Source: an uncultured Chloroflexia bacterium (GTDB lineage: Bacteria; Chloroflexota; Limnocylindria; Limnocylindrales; CSP1-4). Taken from it: a stretch of 64,000 nt of DNA. The notes beneath the pieces are model-generated. The model worked only from the letters and a program-made list of their open reading frames with translations. It was not told the origin of the DNA and did no database searches. How positions within the stretch are numbered: the first letter of the stretch is position 1; each line of letters starts with the position of its first letter. The stretch is taken from NCBI GenBank assembly GCA_963731635.1, contig CAVSWB010000001.1, positions 713,679 through 777,678 on the forward strand, in the 5' to 3' direction. A program made the position numbers and the translations under genes. Of the stretch, positions 37,227 through 48,631 are shown piece after piece.

Positions 37227-37686
37227 CGGGGGCCGGGCACGCGGACCTACGACCACGCCGCGGGGAGCCGGAGCGGGTTCCGCGGCCGGCGCCGCCGACG
37301 CGGGTTCGGGCGCGGGTTCGGGCGCGGGTGCAGCGTTGGGTCCAGATGCCCCGCCCGACCGCGCGGCGGCACTCGGCTCCGCGGCCGGCGACCGAGTAGA
37401 GGCCGATTTACCGGAGGGCGGCGTGAGTGGCGTCATCGCCCTGTAGCCTACCCGTTGGGCGGGAGGCGCGCCGTATGGATGAGGCCGCCGGCCGGGGGAG
37501 TCTCGGCCGCCGTCCTTCGGGTCCGGCAGGCAGAACCAGGATGGACCGGCCGGCTGTCGCTGCCCATACTCCGGAATCGCGACGCGTGCTCAGGTCCGCC
37601 TGCTCAGGCGCCAAATGCGGCCGTTCTCGCCGCCCCCCTCGCCGCCCCGCTCGATGATCACGCACCCCGGTGATTCCAATCCCGCT

Positions 37687-39069
37687 ATGACAGGCACTCT
37701 TCGGCGGGTTCCGCAGCGCAGGCTGACGACACTCGCCGGCGCATTGACGATCGCGATTGCGGTCTGGGCATGCGCAACTCCCGGTCCGACTCCAGCGCCC
37801 ACCCTTACGACGCCGAGTCTCGCCTCCCTCTCGCCCGGCACGACGCCCGCGGAGTCGGTTCTGGGCGTGATCGAGACGCCGAGCGGCCTGATCGTGGTCG
37901 GGCCTTCGACTTCCTCGTCCGGCCCTTCGGTCTCCGCGTCGGCGCTCAGTAGATCGCCTTCGGGGGCGGTCGAGCAGCCGTCCACGCCTGCGGCCGGCGA
38001 CGCCACGAACCAGCCCGGTTCGACTGCCGGTCCGACTGCCGGGCCGACGGAGCCGCCGACGTTCGGACCGCCGCCCCCGGATGCACCCGGCCCGACGCTA
38101 GACAACACTCCATTTCCCACCGTAGCGGCCCCGACGCCCTTCCCGACGTTCGTGCTCGACACGCCATTCCCAACGTTCCAGCCCACTCTCGCGCCGACCC
38201 CGACCCCGAGGCCCACGCCGTCGCCGTCGCCGAGCCCATCGCCGACGGGGACGCCCATCGGCAAGACGGTCACGATCGCCGCGGCCGGCGACATCGCCTG
38301 CGATCCGGCCTCGAACGTCGGCGCTCCGCAGGACTGCGACCAGGCCGCCACGGCCAACCTGATCGGCAGCCTTCGCCCGACGGCTGTTCTGCCGCTCGGC
38401 GACAACCAGTACGAAGACGGCACCCTGGCTGCATACCAGGCCGTGTATGCCACGACCTGGGGCAAGTACTTCTCGATCACGCGCCCGACCGTCGGCAACC
38501 ACGAGTATCTGACCCCTGGCGCTTCGGGGTACTTCAGCTACTTCGGCGTGCCGTCCTACTACAGCTACAACCTGGGCAGCTGGCACATCATCAGCCTCAA
38601 CTCGGAGTGCAGCCAGATCGGCGGCTGTCAGGCCGGTTCTGCCGAGGAGACATGGCTGCAAGCCGACCTGCGGGCCAATCCCAGTCTCTGCACGCTGGCC
38701 TACTGGCACGAGCCGATCTTCTCGTCCGGTCAGGAGCCGGAAGCGACGCAGATGATGGCCATCTGGGCCGACCTGGAGGCCGCCAACGTGGACGTCGTCC
38801 TGAGCGGCCACAACCATGACTACGAGCGCTTCGTGCCCCTCGACGCTTCGGGCCAGCCCAGCCCGACGGGCATCACCGAGTTCGTGGTGGGCACCGGCGG
38901 CAAGAATCACACCGGGTTCCCGGTGCCGCCGCTGCCGGGCGAAGTTGTGCGCGACGACTCGTCGTTCGGAGTCATCTCGATGACCCTGAGTCCTGGGAGC
39001 TTCAGCTGGCGTTTCGTGCCTGCCCCCGGCTATTCTTTCACCGACTCCGGCTCGGCCAGCTGCCACTGA
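37687..39069 (+). CDS. metallophosphoesterase (calcineurin-like) lipoprotein with a P/T-rich linker
   Basis: ATG at 37687. Lipobox AIAVWAC. Catalytic motifs GDIACD, GDNQYE, GNHEY and GHNHDYER. Confidence 0.8.
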   Translation: MTGTLRRVPQRRLTTLAGALTIAIAVWACATPGPTPAPTLTTPSLASLSPGTTPAESVLGVIETPSGLIVVGPSTSSSGPSVSASALSRSPSGAVEQPSTPAAGDATNQPGSTAGPTAGPTEPPTFGPPPPDAPGPTLDNTPFPTVAAPTPFPTFVLDTPFPTFQPTLAPTPTPRPTPSPSPSPSPTGTPIGKTVTIAAAGDIACDPASNVGAPQDCDQAATANLIGSLRPTAVLPLGDNQYEDGTLAAYQAVYATTWGKYFSITRPTVGNHEYLTPGASGYFSYFGVPSYYSYNLGSWHIISLNSECSQIGGCQAGSAEETWLQADLRANPSLCTLAYWHEPIFSSGQEPEATQMMAIWADLEAANVDVVLSGHNHDYERFVPLDASGQPSPTGITEFVVGTGGKNHTGFPVPPLPGEVVRDDSSFGVISMTLSPGSFSWRFVPAPGYSFTDSGSASCH

Positions 39070-39098
39070 GCGGACGCGGACCCAGGAGGCCCGGGCTC

Positions 39099-39617
39099 AT
39101 GACACCCGAAGAGGCGCGCGCTTACCAGCAAGCGATACTGGGCTATCTCGGCGCCGACGACCCTGCCGTCGTCCAGGCGGCCGAAGCCGAGTCGTGGCGC
39201 GTTCTCCTGTCCGGCGCGGGACCGCATATGCGGACACGCCCTGCCGCGGGGGAATGGTCGGCCCTGGAGTGCCTCGGCCACCTGACCGATTCGGAGCTGG
39301 TCACCTCGACTCGTTACCGCTGGGTTCTCGCCGAAAACGAGCCGGCTCTTATCGGCTGGGATCAGGAGGTCTGGGCCGAGCGCTTCGACCATTCGGGCGA
39401 CGACCCCGACGCACTGCTGGCGCTGTTCACGGCTCTGCGCTCGGCCAATCTGGAGTTGTGGGCACGAACTCCGGTCGCGGCGAGGTCACGCGTGGGTATC
39501 CACGCCGAACGCGGGCCCGAGTCTTATGAGCTGCTATTCCGAATGCAGGCCGGGCACGGGATCCTCCACCGCGCCCAGGCCGAGCGAGCCCTGGTCCAGG
39601 TCCGCCGAACGAAGTAG
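39099..39617 (+). CDS. DinB-family protein
   Basis: 172 aa. WSALECLGHLTDSE...HAERG...GHGILH is the DinB-like His triad spacing. Confidence 0.75.
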   Translation: MTPEEARAYQQAILGYLGADDPAVVQAAEAESWRVLLSGAGPHMRTRPAAGEWSALECLGHLTDSELVTSTRYRWVLAENEPALIGWDQEVWAERFDHSGDDPDALLALFTALRSANLELWARTPVAARSRVGIHAERGPESYELLFRMQAGHGILHRAQAERALVQVRRTK

Positions 39618-39698
39618 CCCCTCCGGCCCGATGGTGCGCACCGTGCGCCGCTCGAGCCGGCTCGCAGGACGCGTACCGTTTCTCGCCAAGATTGCCAG

Positions 39699-41231
39699 GT
39701 GCGAGTCAGGTACCGGGCTGCGTGTCTTCTCCTCGCCACGGGGCTGGCAGCTTCCGCCTGCGGCTCCACGCCGCCGACCGGGACCCCAGGCCAGACGCTG
39801 GCGAGCAGCGCGGTCGCATCGGAAACCGCGTCTGGTTCGGGAGTGACGACGGCCTCGCCTTCCGTCGCGCCGAGCGCTTCGCCGACCACATCGCCGACCG
39901 TCACTCCCAGCCCCACCCGGACGGCGACGCCAACGAAGCCGCCGGCCAAACCGCCGACCACACCGCCGACTGCGGCCCCAACCGTGGCTCTCTCGGGCCT
40001 CGATTGGCCCGTCTACCACCTTAATTCGGCCCGAACCGGCAACGACCCGAGCTTCCCCGCATTCGGCGGCTCTCTCAAGGCGGGTTGGGCGGCTGCCCTC
40101 GACGGCGCCGTCTATGCCGAGCCCCTCGTCGTCCACGGGCGAGTCATAGCGGCCACCGAAGGCGACAGCGTCTATGCCCTCGACCCGGGGACGGGGGCCG
40201 TCGTCTGGCGGCAAAAGCTCGGCACCCCGGTGCGGCTCTCCGCCCTGCCGTGCGGTGACATCGACCCGTTGGGAATTACCGGCACGCCGGCATTCGACCC
40301 GGCAACGGGCTCCCTGTTCGCCGTGGCGGAGGTGAGCGGCCCCAGGCACGTCCTGTTCGCACTCGATCCCGACACCGGCGCCGTGCGCTGGTCGCGGGGC
40401 GTGGACCTGCCGGGCGACGATCCAACGACCCACCAACAGCGGTCGGCCCTCGCGGTCGCGAACGGCTACGTCTACATCGGCTTTGGGGGCCTGGCGGGCG
40501 ACTGCGGCCAGTACGTCGGCGAGGTCGTGGGCGTGCCGGCGAGCGGCTCGGGCGCCACGATTTCGTACCGCGTCCCGGTTGCGCGTGAGGGTGCAGTGTG
40601 GTCGACCGGCGGGCCGGTCATCGACGCCTCCGGCAATGTCTACGTTTCGGTCGGCAACGGCGCCTCGACGACGACATACGACGGCAGCGATTCGGTGCTC
40701 GAGCTCTCGCCGGGGTTGGCTCTGGTGAGCCGTTTCGCCCCGACCAGCTGGGCCGCCGACAACGCCGGCGACGCGGACCTCGGGTCCCTCAGCCCGGTTC
40801 TGGTCCCGGGCGGGTGGGTTTTCATCGCCGGCAAGAACGGCAACGGCTACGTCCTGCGCCAGGGTGCCCTCGGCGGCATCGGCGGGCAGGTCTCGTCGGC
40901 GCCGGTATGCAAGGCTTTCGGTGGCGCGGCGCAGGCCGGCGGCACGGTATTCGTGCCGTGCGTGAGCTCACTTCGCGCGGTGACCGTGGGCGCGGACGGG
41001 TCCCTTACCCCGGGCTGGCAGAGCGGCTCCGCCGGGGGACCGCCGGTGATCGGCGGGGGAGTCGTCTGGAGCGTCAGCTCGGCCGGTCGGCTGGTGGCAT
41101 TCGATCCCGCCACCGGAGCGGTGAAGGGCTCGATCGGCGTGGGTGCGGTGCCTCATTTCGCCTCGCCCACGCTGTGGCAGGGGCGCATCTTCGTCGGAAC
41201 CCTCGCCGGATTGTCGGCCGTAATTGAGTAG
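39699..41231 (+). CDS. PQQ-like (BamB-type) beta-propeller lipoprotein
   Basis: Lipobox LAASAC, a P/T linker, and repeated G.VYA.D..TGAVVW units. Confidence 0.75.
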   Translation: MRVRYRAACLLLATGLAASACGSTPPTGTPGQTLASSAVASETASGSGVTTASPSVAPSASPTTSPTVTPSPTRTATPTKPPAKPPTTPPTAAPTVALSGLDWPVYHLNSARTGNDPSFPAFGGSLKAGWAAALDGAVYAEPLVVHGRVIAATEGDSVYALDPGTGAVVWRQKLGTPVRLSALPCGDIDPLGITGTPAFDPATGSLFAVAEVSGPRHVLFALDPDTGAVRWSRGVDLPGDDPTTHQQRSALAVANGYVYIGFGGLAGDCGQYVGEVVGVPASGSGATISYRVPVAREGAVWSTGGPVIDASGNVYVSVGNGASTTTYDGSDSVLELSPGLALVSRFAPTSWAADNAGDADLGSLSPVLVPGGWVFIAGKNGNGYVLRQGALGGIGGQVSSAPVCKAFGGAAQAGGTVFVPCVSSLRAVTVGADGSLTPGWQSGSAGGPPVIGGGVVWSVSSAGRLVAFDPATGAVKGSIGVGAVPHFASPTLWQGRIFVGTLAGLSAVIE

Positions 41232-41285
41232 CGGCTCCGATAGCCGGCCGCCCGTGCGACGAGACAAGCAGTCCGAGTACCGCCG

Positions 41286-42278
41286 TCAGCGGACCAGTAT
41301 TCGGTCTATCTCGGCCATTTGATCGGGTGTCAGCGGGCCGAACTCCATCGCCCTGGCGTTCTCCTCCACCTGGGCCACCGTTCGGAAGCCCGGGATCGGG
41401 ATTGTGTTTGGGCTGCGGCCCCAGATCCAGGCAAGCGCACCCTGGGCGACGGTCCGGCCGTCGCTGGTGAGGACCTCGCGGACCGAATCGAGTGCCGCGA
41501 GCCAAACCGGGTTCGGGCTGCCGTTCTTGATGCCGGGGAACCAGGCGACCTCCTTACGCACGTCACCTGCGCCCCACTTGGAGCCAGGGCGGAGCTTGCC
41601 CGTCAGGACGCCCATGCCCAGTGGGCTGCGGTTGATGCTGGCGAGGTTCAGCCGTTCGGTCAGGGCGAGCACTTCGGCGTTGCCGCTGAAAATGTTGAGC
41701 TCCTGCTCCGCGACGCCGCAGCTCGGCGAAGTCGAAAACGCCTCGATCGCGTCGGGCCGATCCGTGCTCCAGCCGTAGGTTCGAACCTTGCCTTCCGCGA
41801 CCAGCCGCTCGAGCACGTCACGGGCTGCCAGCGCACGGTCCAGGGTCAGGCCCCAGACGTGGAGCAGGTAGACGTCGATGTGGTCGGTATCGAGGCGGCG
41901 GAGGCTCTCCTCAAGGTTGGATCGCAGGTTGGGCGCGACGTCGCTCTCTTCCTCGGTCCGTCCGAAGGCCGTGATTTCCTTCGTGGCTTCGTTCACCTTG
42001 TAGCCGAACTTTGTGGCGATCACGACCTCATCGCGACGACCCTTGAGTGCCCGGCCGACCACTCGCTCGCTGTGGCCCGCGCCGTAGTTGGCGGCGGTGT
42101 CGAAGAAGGTGACGCCGAGATCGACGGCGGCTTGGATGGCCCGGATCAATTCCGCGTCGTCCACGGTCTCGCCCCAGCCGGCCTGGAATCCGAGCATCGC
42201 CCACGGCCCGCCGATGGCCCAGCAGCCCATTCCGACCGCCGAAACCTCTATGCCGCTGCGTCCGAGAATTCGCTTCAC
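41286..42278 (-). CDS. aldo/keto reductase
   Basis: 330 aa. LGRSG.EVSA.G.G...GVTFFDTAANYG.GHSE..VG.AL...R....IATK. Confidence 0.9.
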   Translation of the reverse strand: MKRILGRSGIEVSAVGMGCWAIGGPWAMLGFQAGWGETVDDAELIRAIQAAVDLGVTFFDTAANYGAGHSERVVGRALKGRRDEVVIATKFGYKVNEATKEITAFGRTEEESDVAPNLRSNLEESLRRLDTDHIDVYLLHVWGLTLDRALAARDVLERLVAEGKVRTYGWSTDRPDAIEAFSTSPSCGVAEQELNIFSGNAEVLALTERLNLASINRSPLGMGVLTGKLRPGSKWGAGDVRKEVAWFPGIKNGSPNPVWLAALDSVREVLTSDGRTVAQGALAWIWGRSPNTIPIPGFRTVAQVEENARAMEFGPLTPDQMAEIDRILVR

Positions 42279-42470
42279 GTCCGTTTCCTCCTATGGCCGC
42301 CGCGTGGGGTCGATGGCGCCAGGCTCGGGTAGTGTGCGCCGCGCGGCCGGTCGCATCGAGGGAGCCGCAACCGGCTGGCCGGTGAACAGCGATAAATCCG
42401 GGACCTCGCGACCCGCCGAGGTCCAAGCAGACTCTGCCAGCATATTGGAGTGGTCGTAATATCCAATTCA

Positions 42471-43910
42471 ATGTCTACGTTCCAGACCAATCCACCTGTA
42501 ATCCCCGCCTGGGACACGCTGCTCGACCTGGGTGACACCGCCTTGGGTCCGTTGCACTCACGTCTGTCGGCCGCTTTGCGCGATGCGATCCGCGCCGGGC
42601 GCTTGCCCAATGGTGCCGTCTTGCCGCCCAGCCGGCATCTCGCGTCGGAACTGCGCTGCTCGCGCTGGGTCGTGACCGAGGCCTACGAGCAGCTCGTGGC
42701 GGAGGGCTACCTGGAGTCGCGCGTCGGGTCTGGGACACGGGTTCGGCATTCCGACGAAGCCCGCGCGGTAGACGCGGACCACCGCCCGGCGCGGGCTCCG
42801 GACGCGGTGCTCGATCTCGCCCCGGGACTGCCCGACCTGCGGTACTTCCCTTTCTCGCAGTGGCTGCGAGCGGCACGATCGGTAGCCGCGTCGCTGCCCT
42901 ACTCGGAGATGGGCTATCCGGACGGCAGCGGGCACCGGCAACTTCGGCAGGTCGTGGCGGCGTACCTTGTGCGCGTCAGGGGAGCGGCGGCGGACCCTCG
43001 CGACGTGACGATCACCGCCGGCGTTACCGACGGCGTGACCAGGCTGTCGCGGGCTATGGCCGCGGCCGGGATTGAGGCCGTCGCGGTCGAGGACCCGGGC
43101 TGGCCGCGGCTCCGGGAAGCCGCCACTCTGGCGGGCCTGGCAGTTGTACCAGTCCCAGTCGACGAGCTCGGGCTCCAGGTCGATCGTCTGGCCGACCACC
43201 CGAGCGTTCGAGCGGTAATCCTGAGCCCTGCCCATCAGTTCCCGACGGGCAGCGTCCTTGCCCCCGAACGACGCGCGATCCTGCTCGACTGGGCGCGCCG
43301 CATCGATGGCCTGATTCTCGAGGACGACTACGACGCCGAGTTCCGCTACGACCGCAGGCCGGTTGGCACGATACAGGGCACCGATCGCTCCCGCGTGGCG
43401 CTGTTCGGGTCTCTAAGCAAGACACTCTCGCCGGCGCTGGGGATCGGCTGGATGGTAACGCCGCAGGCATGGACGGCGGCGGTCCGCGCCACGGAAGTGA
43501 GGCCCGCTGGGCCGCCTCTGCTCGACCAGCTGACTTTCGCGGACTTCCTGGCCTCAGGAGCATACGACCGCCACCTGCGCGCCGCGCGACGGCGCTACCG
43601 AGCTCGCCGCGACGCGCTCGTCGCCGCACTCACCGAGCGCATGCCGGACTGCCACGTCTCGGGTGCGGCGGCAGGCCTCCACGTGCTCCTCCGCTTCGAG
43701 GGGGAGCTGGCGGGTCCCGCGGTCGTGGAACGGGCTGCCCGCCAGAGGGTCCGCATCGCGAGCATGGAGGCGTACCGAGCCGAGAACCGCGCCATCGGCT
43801 CCGGCCTGGTCCTGGGTTACGGCAATCTCGGCGACGGGGAAGTGGCAGAAGCGGTCCGCCGCCTGGCCGCAGCCGTCACAGAGATCAGACAGGCGCGGAA
43901 CCGGTGTTGA
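42471..43910 (+). CDS. MocR/PdxR-type regulator (GntR wHTH fused to an aminotransferase-like domain)
   Basis: LPPSRHLASELRCSRWVVTEAYEQLVAEGYLESRVGSGTRV, then a fold-type-I PLP domain (SPAHQFPTG, SLSKTL). It is divergent from the aldo/keto reductase gene. The start was taken at ATG 42471; the ORF opens at 42450. Confidence 0.85.
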   Translation: MSTFQTNPPVIPAWDTLLDLGDTALGPLHSRLSAALRDAIRAGRLPNGAVLPPSRHLASELRCSRWVVTEAYEQLVAEGYLESRVGSGTRVRHSDEARAVDADHRPARAPDAVLDLAPGLPDLRYFPFSQWLRAARSVAASLPYSEMGYPDGSGHRQLRQVVAAYLVRVRGAAADPRDVTITAGVTDGVTRLSRAMAAAGIEAVAVEDPGWPRLREAATLAGLAVVPVPVDELGLQVDRLADHPSVRAVILSPAHQFPTGSVLAPERRAILLDWARRIDGLILEDDYDAEFRYDRRPVGTIQGTDRSRVALFGSLSKTLSPALGIGWMVTPQAWTAAVRATEVRPAGPPLLDQLTFADFLASGAYDRHLRAARRRYRARRDALVAALTERMPDCHVSGAAAGLHVLLRFEGELAGPAVVERAARQRVRIASMEAYRAENRAIGSGLVLGYGNLGDGEVAEAVRRLAAAVTEIRQARNRC

Positions 43911-43951
43911 TAGCGTGACTTTGGCCTTGCCGAGTTCCCTGCGTCGGTGAA

Positions 43952-45169
43952 CTAATGCCAGGGAATCGGCAGGATGCCGTCGGCGCGCGCTTGCGAGATC
44001 TCGACCCAGCCGTAGCCCTCTTCGTTGTCGTTCTCGTGCGGCCTCGCCTCGTCCCACTCGTTGCCGCCTTCTGTGACGGCTTGGTCGAATGTCGACTGCC
44101 CGATCATGGTCGTCTCGACGAAGTAGTAAGAGTTGCTCGTGTCGTCGACCCGGACGCCGAGGTACGCGTGTCCGGGAACAATGACGATCACCGGCTGCAT
44201 GCCCATTGCCTCGACCGCCGAGGCGTAGAGCAATGCCAGTTCGATGCAGTTGCCGCTGGAACTCGAAAGCGCTTCGGAGGGAAGCCGGATCGCCTGGGTG
44301 TCGCCGGGCGCGAACGAGACGGGCGTGCTGATGTAGGTCATGTCGAAATCGTTGGTCTCGGCCTGCCAGATGTCGTCCAGCCGCTGGTAGACCGAGTTGT
44401 CCGAGTCGGCCTGGCTCTGGTAGCCGCTGATCATGCCGCCGCTCGGGTCGTAGTTGGCGGCCGCGCGGATCAGGTCGTTCTTCACGGCGGGGTCGGTCGG
44501 CGTGACCATCACGCCCAATAGTTCGAACGTCTCGGCCTCGGTCATGCCCTTGATCGACCACGGGAAGTCGCTGCGGCCGGTGACCACCACATCGTCGGTC
44601 TCGTCGAGGACCGTCCGATCCTCGCCGTTGTCCAGGTACGTAACCAGGACTTCGAGCTGCCCCGGCTTCTCCGAGGCGAGGTTGTCGATCGCCGCGCTCA
44701 TCAGCTCGGGGTCCTGCTCGATGGTGGCCGACTTTTTGCCGGCCACGGTGATGGTCGCGACGCTCGTGTTGGTGAAGCCGGCGATGCCGCTGGAAATCTT
44801 GACTTTGACCGCCTGGGCGTTGCCGTTGGTGATCGTGACAACGACGAAATGGGGCAGGATCGTGCCGTACAGCTGTGAGAACGGGGTCATCAACTCGGCC
44901 TGGTACGTGTACCGCACTGTTATGTCGTTTACCGTGGCGCTCGGTGGGGTGGCGGCGCCTCCGGGTCCGGTCTGTTCCGGCGCCGCGCTCTTCGCGCCCG
45001 ATGGCGCGGCCGCTCGACGGTCTACCGCCGCGGCCGCCGGCCCGAGAGTCGTCGACGCAGCGTGAGAAGCGGATGACGGACCCGAAGTTCCGCTGCAACC
45101 GGCGGCAAAGACGAGCAGCACGCCCAGGGCTATCGACCGGCTGCCACCCAGTCCGCGCCTCGCGCTCAT
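43952..45169 (-). CDS. lipoprotein with a transglutaminase-like Cys-His core at the C-terminus
   Basis: ATG at 45169. Lipobox VFAAGC. The C-terminal GNCIELALLYASAVEAMGM...VIVPGHAYLGV...YFVETT resembles the papain/transglutaminase-like C...H...D/E arrangement. Confidence 0.55.
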   Translation of the reverse strand: MSARRGLGGSRSIALGVLLVFAAGCSGTSGPSSASHAASTTLGPAAAAVDRRAAAPSGAKSAAPEQTGPGGAATPPSATVNDITVRYTYQAELMTPFSQLYGTILPHFVVVTITNGNAQAVKVKISSGIAGFTNTSVATITVAGKKSATIEQDPELMSAAIDNLASEKPGQLEVLVTYLDNGEDRTVLDETDDVVVTGRSDFPWSIKGMTEAETFELLGVMVTPTDPAVKNDLIRAAANYDPSGGMISGYQSQADSDNSVYQRLDDIWQAETNDFDMTYISTPVSFAPGDTQAIRLPSEALSSSSGNCIELALLYASAVEAMGMQPVIVIVPGHAYLGVRVDDTSNSYYFVETTMIGQSTFDQAVTEGGNEWDEARPHENDNEEGYGWVEISQARADGILPIPWH

Positions 45170-45276
45170 GGGAACCTCACTGGCTGAATGCGACGGCCCT
45201 TCCGGCGATCGCCCACGCGATCGTAACCGGCGTTTTGGGTGGCTACCAGCCGCCAATTGGGGCAGGACGCATCGCG

Positions 45277-46425
45277 TCAGCGAACCCGCCGCAGCTCGAG
45301 GCTGGAGTGGTTCAGCACGTCGGCGCCGGCGTCCGAGCACATAACGATGTTCTCCAGCCGCACGCCCCAGCGCCCCGGCAGGTATACGCCGGGTTCGACG
45401 CTGAACGCCATGCCGGGAAGCAGGGCGGTGGAATTGCCTGCGACCATGTACGGGTCTTCGTGGACCTCGAGCCCGATGCCGTGTCCCAGCCGGTGAGTGA
45501 AGAACTCGCCGTAGCCGGCCGCCGCGATGACGGAACGTGCGGCGGCGTCGATCTCCTGGGCGGGGACGCCGGGCCGTACGGCAGCGGTCGCTCGGGCCTG
45601 AGCAGCGCGGACGAGTTCAAATATGTGCACGAATTCGGGTTCCGGCGCCGCCTCGGACGCACCCGAGACCCAGACGGTACGGGTCGTGTCGCTCGCGTAG
45701 CCGGCCAGCGTCCCGCCGATATCGAGAACAACCGGCTCGTTCTCCTCGATGACCCTCTCGCTCGCGTCATGGTGGGGAGAGGCGCTATTGGGCCCCGATC
45801 CGACGATCGCGAAATCGGCGTTGTCGTGGCCCTCGTCGACGAGCCTCTGCCGGATCTCGCGAGCTACCGCGGATTCGGTTCGTCCGGCCAGGCTGCCCGC
45901 GCATATTGCGTCGATCGTGCGGTCGGCGGCCGCGGCAGCCAGGCGCAGCAGCCGTGCCTCGTCGGCGTCCTTGACCTGGCGGAGCCGGCGCATGACGACG
46001 CTCGCCGACTCGAACCGGCGCGCCGGAAGGGCGGCCTGGAGGCGGAGCAGATGCAGCGACCACATCCGATCGGAGACCGCTATCCGGGCAGCGTCCTGAG
46101 TGCGCAGCAGGTCCGCGACCATCGCTGCGGCATCGTCGGTCTCCTCGAACGGCACGACCGCAGCCGCGCCCGACGCGGCCAGCGGCGTGGCCGCGGCCTT
46201 CTGCGCCTCCAGCTGCGGCACGAGCAGCGAGACCGCGCCATCGCGAGGGATCACGAGCAGGGTGAAGCGCTCCATCGGCTCTCCGACGAAGCCCGTCAGG
46301 TAGCGCAGGTCGGGCCCGACGCTCAGAAGGAGCGCAGAAAGTCCACGGCCTGCGATGGCGAGGCGGCAGGCCGCCAGCCTCGCCTGGAAGCGTTCGATCT
46401 GGGCCGGCGGGGCAGTCTCGGTCAT
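45277..46425 (-). CDS. M24 family Xaa-Pro aminopeptidase/dipeptidase
   Basis: ORF trimmed to the ATG at 46425 (MTETAPP). VLDIGG...[21 protein letters not shown] and FSVEPG are metal ligand motifs. Confidence 0.85.
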   Translation of the reverse strand: MTETAPPAQIERFQARLAACRLAIAGRGLSALLLSVGPDLRYLTGFVGEPMERFTLLVIPRDGAVSLLVPQLEAQKAAATPLAASGAAAVVPFEETDDAAAMVADLLRTQDAARIAVSDRMWSLHLLRLQAALPARRFESASVVMRRLRQVKDADEARLLRLAAAAADRTIDAICAGSLAGRTESAVAREIRQRLVDEGHDNADFAIVGSGPNSASPHHDASERVIEENEPVVLDIGGTLAGYASDTTRTVWVSGASEAAPEPEFVHIFELVRAAQARATAAVRPGVPAQEIDAAARSVIAAAGYGEFFTHRLGHGIGLEVHEDPYMVAGNSTALLPGMAFSVEPGVYLPGRWGVRLENIVMCSDAGADVLNHSSLELRRVR

Positions 46426-46505
46426 TTGCGGAGAGTAACCGCTGCGTGCCCCGAGCGCCCCGGTCCCGACGAGCAGCGGGCCCGCCGGGACCTCGGCAGG
46501 CGGCG

Positions 46506-48631
46506 CTAAACCGCTTCGTCGATCGCCTCGTCGAACTGGCTGTTGTACAGGTCGAAGTAGAAGCCGCGCTGGCGCGAGCAGCTCCTCGTGCGTGCCCTGC
46601 TCGACGATCTGGCCGTGGTTCATGACGAGGATCGTCGTCGGCGTCGCGGATCGTGGAGAGCCGGTGCGCGATGACGAAGGTCGTGCGGCCCTTCATCAGC
46701 CGCGCCATCGCCTTCTGGATCAGGACCTCGGTGCGGGTGTCGACCGAGCTCGTCGCCTCGTCGAGGATGAGGATCTCCGGGTCGGCGAGGAACGCCCGGG
46801 CGATCGTGAGCAGCTGCTTCTCGCCCGCGGAGACGTTGGAGGCGTCGTCGTCGAGCACCGTGTCGTAGCCGTCCGGCAGCGTGCGCACGAAGTGGTCCAC
46901 GTGGGCGGCCTTCGCGGCGGCCACGATCTCGCTCCTCGGTGGCGTCCTCGCGGCCGTAGGCGATGTTCTCGCGGATCGTGCCGCCGAACAGCCACGTGTC
47001 CTGGAGCACCATGCCGAACGTGCGGCGCAGGTCGTCGCGGGTCATGTCGCGGATGTCGACGCCGTCGATGGAGATGCGGCCGTGGTCGATCTCGTAGAAG
47101 CGCATCAGCAGGTTGACGAGCGTGGTCTTGCCGGCGCCGGTCGGGCCGACGATGGCGACGGTCTCGCCCGGCTGGACGTCGAGGTTGAGGTCCTCGATGA
47201 GCGGCTTGTCCGGCTCGTAGCGGAACGAGACGTCCTCGAGCGTGACGTGGCCGTGCGGCGTGCGTCGAGCACGGCCGGCGTCGCGGAGTCGGGCGATCTC
47301 CTCGGCCTCGTCGAGCAGCTCGAAGACGCGCTCGGCCGAGGCGACGGCCGACTGGAGCACGTTGGCGATGCTGGCGGTCTGCGTGATCGGCATCGTGAAC
47401 TGGCGCGAGTACTGGATGAACGCCTGCACGTCGCCGAGGGACATGCGTGCCGCGACGCGACCTGGACGCCGCCGATGACGGCGATGGCGACGTAGTTGAG
47501 GTTGCTGATGAAGTTCATCGTCGGCTGGATGATGCCCGGAGATGAACTGCGCCTTGAAGCTGGCCTGGTAGAGCTTCTCGTTCTCCTCGTCGAAGCTGCC
47601 GATGGCGTCCTTCTTCGTGGCCGAAGACCTTCACGATGCTGTGGCCGGTGTGCGATCTCCTCGACGTGGCCGTTGAGCGTCGCCGGTGCTGCTCCCACTG
47701 CGCCGCGAACTGCTTCTGCGAGCGCTTGGCGATGAGCATCGTCGCGCACCGCGGCGACCGGGACGACCAGCAGCGAGATGAGCGCGAGCAGCGGGCTGAT
47801 CCAGAACATCATCGCCGAGCACGCCGATGATCGTGAGCACCGACGTGATGATCTGCGTGAGGCTCTGCTGCAGCGTGCTGGCGATGTTGTCGATGTCGTT
47901 GGTCACGCGGCTGAGGATGTCGCCGCGCTGGTGGCCGTCGAAGTACTTCAGCGGCAGGCGGGCGAGCTTCTCGTCGACCTTGCTTGCGCAGCCGGTAGAC
48001 GGTGCGCTGCGAGACGCCGCGCCATCGATGTACTGCGGCCACCCAGCTGAAGAAGCGTGCTCAGCAGGTACAGAGCCGACGAGGCCGCAGCAGGATCATG
48101 CCCGAGCGCGCCGAAGTCGACGCCCACGCCGGGCGTGGCGTTCGTGCCGGCCACCATGTCCGCCAGCGGACTGTGCTGCCGCCTTGAGCGCTGGCCACCG
48201 CCTGATCGTGCGTGAGACTGGTCGGGACGCCCTGCGCGGCCAGCTGCTTGCCGACGAGACCGTCGAGCAGCTGTTGATTGCGTTGCCCGAGCACTTGGGG
48301 CCGAAGATCTGGCCGGCCATGCTGACGACGAAGCGACGATGACGAGCAGGATCCATTGCCGTCGGGTCGGAGCTCGCCGAGCAGGCGGCTGAACGTGCCG
48401 CGGAAGTCGCGAGCCTTTTCCGCCGGCATGGCCAGGCCGTGGCCCATCGGGCCGAAGCCGCCGCCGGGACGCCGTCGGCCGCCCGGGCCTACGAGGCCGA
48501 CCGGGCCGGCCGGTCGGGCACCGCCGACCGGTGCGTGGCCGTCGGTCTCGACGGCCCGATGCCGCTGCCGGCAGGTCCGTGCCCGTTGGCTCGGGCCCGT
48601 GCCCGTTGGAGCCGTTTGCGGGCCCGCTCAT
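46506..48631 (-). pseudogene. ABC exporter, fused permease/ATPase (downstream subunit), multiply frameshifted
   Basis: Fragments occur in all three minus frames: [95 protein letters not shown] (Walker A), [29 protein letters not shown] (signature and Walker B), [10 protein letters not shown]. The tail [20 protein letters not shown] ends at 46506. Confidence 0.8.

Noticed and set aside
37227-37436. A 70-aa Ala/Pro-rich N-terminal extension of the panE-like oxidoreductase (ORF opens at 37436).
   Set aside because: The Rossmann GxGxxG motif starts immediately at the internal ATG at 37226, the normal N-terminus for this family. The upstream part is low-complexity (AAPAPEPAPEPASAAPAAEPAPAP) and is probably a non-coding open frame. 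A real extension cannot be excluded.
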